The position numbers and the translations under genes are program-made. A DNA stretch of 32,000 nucleotides from Methylorubrum extorquens (GTDB taxonomy: Bacteria > Pseudomonadota > Alphaproteobacteria > Rhizobiales > Beijerinckiaceae): assembly GCA_900234795.1 (NCBI GenBank), contig LT962688.1, positions 660,001 through 692,000 on the forward strand, given 5' to 3'. Shown piece after piece: positions 17,749 through 25,244 of the stretch. The notes beneath the pieces are model-generated. The model had not been told where the DNA came from and did no database searches. It worked only from the letters and a program-made list of their open reading frames with translations. Every line of letters starts with the position of its first letter. Within the stretch, counting starts at the first letter, position 1.

Positions 17749-18518
17749 GTGCGGACATGAGCGACGAAAGAAATTCCGTCCTCGTCGTCGGCGGCGCCTC
17801 CGGTCTCGGTGCGGCCACCGTCCGCGCCCTGGCGGCAGCCGGCCACGCCGTCACCTTCACCTACCGCTCCTCGCCGGAGCGGGCGCAGGCGCTCGCCGAC
17901 GAGCTCGTGCCGATGCATGGCGAAGGCAGCGTCACCGCACGCGCCCTCGACCTGTCGGACCGCGACGCGGTGGAGGCGTTCTGCGAATGGGCCGAGGGCC
18001 AGGGCTTCTACGGCTACGTCCACAATGCCGGCCAGTCGGCGGACGCCCTGGCGGCCATGCTCGACCGTGAGCGGGCCGAGGCGGCGATGCAGGTGAACTT
18101 CTGGTCGATGACCCGGATCGCCAAGGCGCTGGTGCGTGGGATGATCCGAGCGCGCGCCGGCCGCATCGTCGCCATCGGATCGGTGGCCGCGCTTCAGGCC
18201 AATGCCGGCAACGCGGCCTACGCGGCGACCAAGGGCGCCCTGATCGCCTATTGCCGCACGCTGGCGATCGAGTCGGCCAAGCGCGGCGTCACCGTCAACG
18301 TCATCGCGCCAGGCTTCATCGATACCGAGATGCTGGCGGCCTATGCCAGCCACCGCGAGGGGATCGAGCGCCAGATCCCGCTCGGACGTTTCGCCAAGCC
18401 GGAAGAGGTCGCGGCGATGGCCGCCTTCCTGATCGGGGAGGGCGGGGCCTACATCACCGGCGCGGTGCTGCCCGTCGATGGCGGCTTGACCGCGATGATG
18501 GGCATCCACCGCACCTGA
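17745..18518 (+). CDS. SDR-family oxidoreductase, FabG-like (3-oxoacyl-ACP reductase type)
   Basis: ATG 17745 overlaps the fabF1XL stop (ATGA). Motifs: Rossmann VVGGASGLGAA, NAG, GSVAA...YAATKGAL (Ser-Tyr-Lys), PGFIDT. Confidence 0.85.
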   Translation: MSADMSDERNSVLVVGGASGLGAATVRALAAAGHAVTFTYRSSPERAQALADELVPMHGEGSVTARALDLSDRDAVEAFCEWAEGQGFYGYVHNAGQSADALAAMLDRERAEAAMQVNFWSMTRIAKALVRGMIRARAGRIVAIGSVAALQANAGNAAYAATKGALIAYCRTLAIESAKRGVTVNVIAPGFIDTEMLAAYASHREGIERQIPLGRFAKPEEVAAMAAFLIGEGGAYITGAVLPVDGGLTAMMGIHRT

Positions 18519-18529
18519 ACCGGCTCGCG

Positions 18530-18814
18530 ATGTCTCGCTCCCTGCCCCGCCTCGCCTTTGCCCTGCTGCTCGCAGGCGGTGGTTCAGCCTGGGGCGCCGA
18601 GACTTTCCGGGTCGAGGGCCTGCCGCAGGACGACAGCCTGACGATCCGCGAGACGCCGGATGCGGGGGCGCCGGCCCTCGGACAGATCCCGGTCGGGCGC
18701 CGGGTGCTCGGCTTCGGCTGCACCAACGAGACGCCGAGCGGGCTGACATGGTGCCGGGTGAAGTTCGACCGCACTCTCGGCTGGGCGCGGCGGCGCTACC
18801 TGACGCCGGATTGA
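18530..18814 (+). CDS. Small secreted bacterial SH3-domain protein
   Basis: The signal peptide is MSRSLPRLAFALLLAGGGSAWG-AE. The rest (LTIRETPDAGAPALGQIPVGRRVLGFGC...WCRVKFDRTLGWARRRYL) has the SH3b pattern. Confidence 0.7.
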   Translation: MSRSLPRLAFALLLAGGGSAWGAETFRVEGLPQDDSLTIRETPDAGAPALGQIPVGRRVLGFGCTNETPSGLTWCRVKFDRTLGWARRRYLTPD

Positions 18815-18881
18815 GCCCCGCGCCGACGTCCCGGACGACGAAGACCGACGCGACGTCCCCGAATTGCGAGGAGTGACGGTC

Positions 18882-19259
18882 TCACTGCGCCGCCTGCAGC
18901 GTGTCGGCGAGGAAATTGACGACGCGTTTCAGCTCGACGGGCTTCTGGAGACGCTCGACATCGGCGAAATCCGGCGGAATCACCCCCTCGTCGTAACCGG
19001 TGATGAACACGAACGGCACGCCGCGCTCCCGAAGCAGGGCCGCCAGGGTGAAGGACGGCCCTGATCCGAGATTGATATCCACCAGCGCCGCTGCCAGCGC
19101 CCCTTCATCGAGCGCCTCGCGCGCCGCCTCCTCGCTGGGGCAGGGGCCAACCACCTCCGCGCCCGCTCCCTGGAGCGCGCGTGCCGTATCGGTGGCGAGA
19201 TAGTAATCGTCCTCCACCACGAGGATACGATAGCCGCTCAAATCTGGTTCGCCGGTCAT
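18882..19259 (-). CDS. CheY-like receiver domain, either a stand-alone ORF or the detached C-terminus of the upstream kinase
   Basis: Receiver residues are present: RILVVEDD, AALVDINLG (phospho-acceptor Asp), FVFITGY, LQKP. ATG 19259 is preceded by GGAGGAG with an 8-nt spacer. The same frame stays open upstream to 19418 and encodes the missing end of the kinase (see findings). Confidence 0.75.
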   Translation of the reverse strand: MTGEPDLSGYRILVVEDDYYLATDTARALQGAGAEVVGPCPSEEAAREALDEGALAAALVDINLGSGPSFTLAALLRERGVPFVFITGYDEGVIPPDFADVERLQKPVELKRVVNFLADTLQAAQ

Positions 19260-19323
19260 GTCGAGCGCTCCTCCGAACACGGTCGCTCGTTGCGGGGCAT
19301 CGGTTTCAAGGATGCTGGCGCCG

Positions 19324-22173
19324 TCACGGAGCGGAAATTCGAGGCGGCACCGCGCCCCCTCCGGACCGATCTCCAGGCGACCGCGCCCCCCCGAGTTCGT
19401 AAGGCAGGCGCCCCTCGATCAGTTCGCGGCCGAAACCACGGCGCGCGCCGGTGCGACGATTCGCCTCACGCTCGCCCGCAATCTTCGCTTCCGGCACACC
19501 ATCCTCTGCCCAATCGAAGCCGAGCCAGGGCTCGCCTCTCTTCTCGAACGAGGACCAATTCACCCGCACGCGCCCATCCAGCACTGACAGGGCTCCATAT
19601 TTCAGGGCATTGGTCGCCAGTTCGTGAACGGCGAGCGTCAGGATCTCCGCCGCCTTGGGCGAGAGTTCGATTTTGGGTCCCGACAGATCGTACTGGTCCG
19701 CGCGCAGGTCCTGGGCGTCGATCTCGTCGCGGACGATGGTGGCGACCGGCACGCCGGCATTGGGAGAGCGGGTCAGCAGGGCCCGGACGCGGGCCAGCGT
19801 CAGGAGGCGCCCTCCCACCAGGGACGCGTAATCGGACACGGTCTCCGCCCGCTCGCCCGTGCGGGCGACGATCGAGCGGGTCACCGCCATGATGTTGCGC
19901 ACCCTGTGCTGCAATTCGGCGAGCAGCACGGCCTGATGCCCGATCAGCAGCTTGGCCTCGGTCATGTCGGAGGACAGACCGCCGATGCGCCGCACCCGGC
20001 CCTGTTCGTCGCGCAGGGGAAACAGCGTGCTGCGGATCCAACGGAAGGCGCCGTCGCTCGGCCGCTTGATGCGGAACTCGTTCAGCAGCGATTGGCCGGT
20101 CGCCGCCCGCTGCAGGTTTTGCAGGGCGCTCTCGCGATCCTCCGGCAGCATGTGGCCGGCCCACCGCCGGATCTCGGGGCCGAGCACGTTGGGTTCGATG
20201 CCGTAGACCGTCCGCAGCGCCGGGCTGACGAACTCCATCTCGAACGTCTCCGCATCGCGGATCCACAGGACGTCGGAGGAAGCCTCGGCGAATTGCCGGA
20301 AACGCTCCTCGCTCTCGCGCAGGCGCAGCTCCGCCCGCTTGCTGCGCAGGGCGTGCCAGATGGCGGGCGCCAGCGCCTCCGCAGCCTCAAGGTCTTCCGG
20401 CCGGTAGCCGCCCGGGCGGTTGCCGAGCCCGATCAGACCCCGCGTCCGGTCACCCTGCTTCAGCGGCACGCCGAGGAAGGCCGTCAGCGGCAGGTGGCCG
20501 GCCGGCGTGCCGACGCGGTCGGGGTGGGAGGCGGGATCGTTGACGATGACGCCCGCGCCATCCTGCAACACCCGCCCGTAGATGCCGTGAATCGCAAGCC
20601 CCAGCGCCGACTTGCCCATCGGGAAGCTGTCATCCCCCTCCGATGCGTGCGCGGCGTAGCGGGCCCGACTCCGGTCGCTGAAGAACAGGCCGTCGAGGCG
20701 CCCGGTGGTCTCATTGATCTCACCGATGAAGCCGATGGCGCTGCCGGTCAGCTCTTCGGCGACATCGAGGGAGATGCGCGCCAATTCCTCCTCCGAGGAG
20801 GCGCCGAGCGTCTCGCTGAAGACGAGGTTGATCGCCTGGAGGACGGCGTTGTTGCGCCTGACGCGCTGCTCGGCGAGGCGCCGCTCGGTGACGTCGATCG
20901 AGACGCCGACGAAGCGCCCGTCCTCCAGCGGGCGGCCGGACGTGCTGAGCCAGCGGTACTGCCCGTCGGCACGGCGGAGCCGGGCCTCGTCGGTGAAGCA
21001 ACGGCGCTGCGCGAACGCCTCTTGGAAGAGAGAAAGGTGTCGCTCGGCATCCTCGGGATGCAGGAACTTCTGCCAGCCATACCCCGCCACGGCCTCGAAG
21101 CCGACACCGAAGAAGTCGAGATAGTGGTCGTTGACGAGGATCGTGCCGCTCGAATCCGCGTCCCAGATCAGGACGGGTGCGGCATCGGCCAGGGTGCGCA
21201 GGCGAATGTCGGCCTCGCGCGCCGTCTTCTCCGCGCGGGCCCGCTCCATCGCCGCCCAGGTGCGCTCGCCGATCTCGGTGGCCAGCGTGATCTCCGCAGG
21301 GGTCCATTCTCGCGGCGTCGTCATGGAGAGTGCAAGTGCGCCGACGAGGCGGCCCTGCTTCGCCAGCGGAATGCCGAGCAGGCTCACGACACGGTCGGCC
21401 AGCACCCTCTCCCGGCAATCGTCCGGTACCAGGGGGGATGTCTGCACGTCCGTGATCGCGATCGGCTGGCCCTGGCCCTGATGGGGCATCGCCCAACCGA
21501 CGAGGCTGAGGGGATATTTCCCGGCCCGCGAGGGGAGACCCGCGCGCGCGAAATCCTGTGCGATGATCGCGAAACCCTCCGCCTCGTACAGGTTGAGGTA
21601 GTACGTGTAGTCCGCCTGAAGGTGCTCCCCGAGCAAGCGGCAGGCCACGGCCTGGACTTCGAGCGGATCGGCCAGGGGGCTCAGCGCGTCGCTGAGGCCG
21701 AGCACGAAGGCCTGCTGCTCCTCGCGCTCGAGCAAGGCCCGCTCGACGAGGACGCGATCGGTCGTCTCGAAGGCCGCGAGATAGAACCCGGCGAAGCCTC
21801 CCGCTTCGTCCCGCAAGGGCGTCCACTGGGACGTGAACCAGCCGAAGGGTCGCTCCGGCCGCGCGGGAAGATCCCAGTAGCGATCAATGATCTGACGGGC
21901 CTGCCCCTGTCGTATCGAGTCGACGATTCCGTCGCTTTCCGGCTTTGGCCAGACTTTCGTGAACGGTCGGCCAAGGGGCGGCGGATCGCTGAAGTTGTCG
22001 ATCGCGTCGAAGCCGTCGTTATAGATTACCGTAAGTTCAGGACCCCAGGCGATCGCGGCCGGCAAAGGAGAGCCGAGCATCAACTCGACCATCGTCCTCA
22101 AACTCTGCGGCCAATCAGCAATGGCGCCAAGAGGTGTCCGTGCCCAATCGTAGGCACGAATACGCGCGGACAT
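19324..22173 (-). CDS. PAS-GAF-PAS-GAF-PAS sensor histidine kinase of the HWE/HisKA_2 type, C-terminally frame-broken
   Basis: H-box LLAELQHRVRNIMAV, N-box HELATNALKYGAL, G-box RRGFGRELIEG. The start is taken at ATG 22173 (MSARIRAYDWARTPLGAIADWPQSL, a typical N-terminus for these kinases); ATG 22212 is the alternative. The last 18 residues (ARSPGDRSGGGAVPPRISAP) look out of frame. Confidence 0.85.
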   Translation of the reverse strand: MSARIRAYDWARTPLGAIADWPQSLRTMVELMLGSPLPAAIAWGPELTVIYNDGFDAIDNFSDPPPLGRPFTKVWPKPESDGIVDSIRQGQARQIIDRYWDLPARPERPFGWFTSQWTPLRDEAGGFAGFYLAAFETTDRVLVERALLEREEQQAFVLGLSDALSPLADPLEVQAVACRLLGEHLQADYTYYLNLYEAEGFAIIAQDFARAGLPSRAGKYPLSLVGWAMPHQGQGQPIAITDVQTSPLVPDDCRERVLADRVVSLLGIPLAKQGRLVGALALSMTTPREWTPAEITLATEIGERTWAAMERARAEKTAREADIRLRTLADAAPVLIWDADSSGTILVNDHYLDFFGVGFEAVAGYGWQKFLHPEDAERHLSLFQEAFAQRRCFTDEARLRRADGQYRWLSTSGRPLEDGRFVGVSIDVTERRLAEQRVRRNNAVLQAINLVFSETLGASSEEELARISLDVAEELTGSAIGFIGEINETTGRLDGLFFSDRSRARYAAHASEGDDSFPMGKSALGLAIHGIYGRVLQDGAGVIVNDPASHPDRVGTPAGHLPLTAFLGVPLKQGDRTRGLIGLGNRPGGYRPEDLEAAEALAPAIWHALRSKRAELRLRESEERFRQFAEASSDVLWIRDAETFEMEFVSPALRTVYGIEPNVLGPEIRRWAGHMLPEDRESALQNLQRAATGQSLLNEFRIKRPSDGAFRWIRSTLFPLRDEQGRVRRIGGLSSDMTEAKLLIGHQAVLLAELQHRVRNIMAVTRSIVARTGERAETVSDYASLVGGRLLTLARVRALLTRSPNAGVPVATIVRDEIDAQDLRADQYDLSGPKIELSPKAAEILTLAVHELATNALKYGALSVLDGRVRVNWSSFEKRGEPWLGFDWAEDGVPEAKIAGEREANRRTGARRGFGRELIEGRLPYELGGARSPGDRSGGGAVPPRISAP

Positions 22174-22451
22174 TCCCGCACCGGTTGGCCACTCGCTGCC
22201 TACTCGACACATCCTTATGTGAAAGACATGCTCTGATCCAAAAGTCACCTGTTGCCCCGCTTCAATCGCGCAACGGTGTCTCGCGGAATCGAGAAGAGCC
22301 GTCCGTCGAACCGGTCGGCGCCTCGTCGATGCGCTGCGGCGGGAGGGGGCTCCCGGTGCCCGCTGTTTCGCGGTACGGCGTCGGGCGACCCCGGCCGGGC
22401 CCGGTTCGTACGCCGCGCCCACCTCCTCAACGCCAGACGAGTTCGATCCTG

Positions 22452-23474
22452 ATGCAAGCCCTCCAGCTCTTCGGCGACCGAGATCTGCGCCTCACCGAGG
22501 TCGAGCCTCCGCCCGCGCCGGGACCGGGCGAAGTGCAGATCCGGGTCCGGGCGGTCGGCCTCAACTTCATCGACGTGTGGGGCTTTCGCGGCATGGCCTT
22601 CGCCAAGCGCAAGCTGCCGCTCACCGTCGGCGCGGAGGCGGCGGGCGAGATCGCCGCGGTCGGCGAGGGCGTCGAGGGGCTCTCCGTCGGCGATGCGGTG
22701 GTGCCCTACGGCGCGCTGACCTGCGGCCGATGCCGCGCCTGTCAGGAGGGCCGCGACAACCTCTGCGAGGACGTCTCCGGCGTGATGGGCTTCCATCTCG
22801 ACGGCTTCGCCCGTGAGCGGGTGAACCTGCCGGCCCGCCTCGTGGTGCGGGTGCCGGGGGGCGTCGATCACGTCCAGGCGGCCTGCGCCGGCATCGCCTT
22901 CGGCACGGTGCAGCACATGCTGTTCGACAACGCGCGGCTGGAGCCGGGCGAGTCGATCCTCGTCCATGCCGGCGGCTCGGGCATCGGCACGGCGGCGATC
23001 AAGATGGCCAAGGCGATCGGCTGCACCGTCTACACGACGGTGGGCGACGACGCGAAGGGCGAGAAGGCGAAGGCGCTCGGCGCCGACCACGTTGTCAATT
23101 ACCGCGAGGAGCGCTTCGAGGGTGAGGTGCGGCGGCTGACGAAGCGCAAGGGCGTGGACGTGGTGTTCGAGCATGTCGGCGCCGAGACGTGGAACGGCTC
23201 GCTGCTCTGCCTGAAGCGCGGCGGGCGACTCGTCACCTGCGGCTCGACCTCGGGCGTCTCGGTGCAGATGAACCTGATGCAGTTGTTCCAGCAACAATAC
23301 CGCATCACCGGCTCGTTCGGCTGCCGCATCGCCAATATGAGCCAGAGCCTCGACAAGATGGCCGCCGGCCTAACCCCGGTCATCGACACGGTGCTGCCGC
23401 TCGCCGATTTCGCCAGCGGCCTGGAGCGCCTGGAATCGCGAAAGGTGTTCGGAAAAATTCTCGTGACGCTCTGA
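22452..23474 (+). CDS. Medium-chain (Zn-type) alcohol dehydrogenase / oxidoreductase, possible AdhA2XL equivalent
   Basis: 340 aa. The structural-zinc motif CGRCRACQEGRDNLC (C-x2-C-x2-C-x7-C) and the NAD(P) fold VHAGGSGIGTAAI are present. The catalytic GHE is replaced by GAEAAGE. Confidence 0.85.
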   Translation: MQALQLFGDRDLRLTEVEPPPAPGPGEVQIRVRAVGLNFIDVWGFRGMAFAKRKLPLTVGAEAAGEIAAVGEGVEGLSVGDAVVPYGALTCGRCRACQEGRDNLCEDVSGVMGFHLDGFARERVNLPARLVVRVPGGVDHVQAACAGIAFGTVQHMLFDNARLEPGESILVHAGGSGIGTAAIKMAKAIGCTVYTTVGDDAKGEKAKALGADHVVNYREERFEGEVRRLTKRKGVDVVFEHVGAETWNGSLLCLKRGGRLVTCGSTSGVSVQMNLMQLFQQQYRITGSFGCRIANMSQSLDKMAAGLTPVIDTVLPLADFASGLERLESRKVFGKILVTL

Positions 23475-23479
23475 GGCGT

Positions 23480-24367
23480 TCAGGCGAAGAGCCGGCTGCC
23501 GAGGCCGGGAAGATCGCGAAAACTATCCGCCACATGGCCTGCGAGCGCCCGCGCCGCCGGCCCGGCACCGTCGCGCAGACGCATCAGCACGTCGTAGCTG
23601 CCGAGCGGCGGCAGGGCCGCGATCCGCTGGAAGGGCGGCCGCGCGACGCTCAACGGGAGCGGCGCCACCGCGAGGTCCGCCTCCACCGCCGCGATCTGTC
23701 CCTGGCAGTGCTCGCTCGTATAGGCGACCCGATAGGCGATGCCCGCCTGATCAAGCGCGTCGAGCGCCGCCGCCCGCCACGTGCAGCCGCTCTGGCAGAG
23801 CGCGAGCGGGAGGGGCCGGCGTGCCTCCGCGAGGCCGCCGCGCAGGCCGACCCAGACCAGATCCTCCGAATGGACCACCTGGGCCGCGCGGTTCGACGGG
23901 AGGTGGCCGGCATAGAGCACGAGATCGAGCGCGCCATCGGCGATGGCCTCCACCAGAAGGCGGCTCGCATCCAGCCGGACATCGACCTCGACCTGCGGAT
24001 GGGTGGCGGCAAACCGGCGCAACATCGCCGGCAGGGCGAACAGGCCGGAATCGTGGGGCGCGCCGAACCGCACCCGTCCCTCCATCGGCGGCGCATCGAA
24101 GAAGGTCACCACCTCGTCGTTCAGGGCGAGCAGGCGCCGGCCGAGGCCGAGCAGCGCCTCGCCGTCCGCCGTCGGCACGACGGCGCGCGGCTGCCGCAGG
24201 AACAGCGCCCGGCCCAGACGCTCCTCCAGACGCTTGACCTGAAGGCTGATCGCCGAGGGCGTGCGCCCGACCCGCTCGGCCGCGCGCGCGAAGGTGCCGG
24301 CCTCACAGATCGTCACGAAGGTACGGATGAGATCGAGATCGAGGTTCGACGGATTGAGCGCATTCAC
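23480..24367 (-). CDS. LysR-family transcriptional regulator
   Basis: GTG start at 24367. The N-terminal wHTH LDLIRTFVTICEAGTFARAAERVGRTPSAISLQVKRLEERLG is the LysR signature. Length is 295 aa. Confidence 0.9.
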   Translation of the reverse strand: MNALNPSNLDLDLIRTFVTICEAGTFARAAERVGRTPSAISLQVKRLEERLGRALFLRQPRAVVPTADGEALLGLGRRLLALNDEVVTFFDAPPMEGRVRFGAPHDSGLFALPAMLRRFAATHPQVEVDVRLDASRLLVEAIADGALDLVLYAGHLPSNRAAQVVHSEDLVWVGLRGGLAEARRPLPLALCQSGCTWRAAALDALDQAGIAYRVAYTSEHCQGQIAAVEADLAVAPLPLSVARPPFQRIAALPPLGSYDVLMRLRDGAGPAARALAGHVADSFRDLPGLGSRLFA

Positions 24368-24405
24368 GGCGACGATGATCCTGCTGCCACGACTCAGCCT
24401 CTCCG

Positions 24406-24420
24406 ATGAGCATTCCTCAT
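24406..24420. promoter_or_regulatory. Candidate LysR-type binding box ATGAG-N5-CTCAT (T-N11-A)
   Basis: Perfect 5-bp arms, 39 nt upstream of the LysR start and 77 nt upstream of the divergent DUF1127 ATG. Confidence 0.35.
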
Positions 24421-24496
24421 CGTTTCCGTAAAATCAATTCGTTCGATTCATCGCGTGCCAAGCGCCATCCTGTCCGTCGCAACAACGGAGGCAGCC

Positions 24497-24901
24497 ATGA
24501 TCGGATGGATTGGACGGACCCTACAGCGGGGAATCACCCGCCTCGTGGCCGGATGGCACCGAGACTGGCCGACGGCCTCGCGCGTCGGGCGGGGTGAGCC
24601 GATCGCGGAGGACCTGGCCGGTCTCGACGAGCGGCTTCTGGCCGATCTCGGCGTCACGCGATCCGGCAAAGTGCTTTCTGGCGGCGAAGGGCCGCCGCGT
24701 CAGCGCAGGCAGACGAGGACGAGGCCGCCGATCATCAGCGCGCAGCCGAGGATGCGCCAGGGGTCGGCGGTGTGCTGGGCGAACCCGACCCAGCCGAAAT
24801 GGTCGAGCAGGACCGAGGTGACGATAGCAGCCGTCACCGTGATGCCGGTGAACACGGCCGCCCCCAGCCGCTCGGCGATGAAGATCGTGGCGAGCACGTA
24901 G
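24497..24901 (+). CDS. DUF1127-domain protein; the 3' end is doubtful
   Basis: ATG 24497 has GGAGG 5 nt upstream. The DUF1127 core is IAEDLAGLDERLLADLGVTRS. The frame then runs another ~75 codons with no stop and overlaps the convergent gene by 202 nt. Confidence 0.55.
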   Translation: MIGWIGRTLQRGITRLVAGWHRDWPTASRVGRGEPIAEDLAGLDERLLADLGVTRSGKVLSGGEGPPRQRRQTRTRPPIISAQPRMRQGSAVCWANPTQPKWSSRTEVTIAAVTVMPVNTAAPSRSAMKIVAST

Positions 24902-25143
24902 GTCGCGCCCATCGCTCCGCCGAGCCACGCCCACCACGGCACGCCCGCGATTCGCTGGCTCCCCGGCCAGCTGATCCCGATGAAGGGCGCGGCCGCGAGA
25001 TAGACCGCGACGTTGGCCGCGGTGACGACGAGGGCCGCGAGGATCGGCTGATCGAGCGCTTTGTTCAGGGAGGCGTTGGCGCCCGACTGCACCGTGTTGA
25101 GGATGCCCGCGAGGGCGGCCGCGGCGGCGATGAGAAACGGCAT
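24700..25143 (-). CDS. Small DMT-superfamily membrane protein (YdcZ/DUF606-like)
   Basis: Only the last 147 codons of track ORF 24700..25965 look real. ATG 25143 has GGAG 7 nt upstream. Four or five hydrophobic helices are present, with an N-terminus MPFLIAAAAALAGILNTVQSGANASLNKAL typical of DUF606. Confidence 0.7.
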   Translation of the reverse strand: MPFLIAAAAALAGILNTVQSGANASLNKALDQPILAALVVTAANVAVYLAAAPFIGISWPGSQRIAGVPWWAWLGGAMGATYVLATIFIAERLGAAVFTGITVTAAIVTSVLLDHFGWVGFAQHTADPWRILGCALMIGGLVLVCLR

Positions 25144-25244
25144 CGTTCGGCTCCACTGGGTGTCGGAAAGCCTCGAAAAACGCCCGATCAACGATCGCGT
25201 CCCGTCCGGGTACGGCGGCGCAGCGGGCGTTTCGTGAGAGACGA

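Noticed and set aside
19624-22236. 870-aa plus-strand ORF
   Set aside because: It lies antisense to the histidine kinase, which has unmistakable H, N and G boxes on the minus strand.
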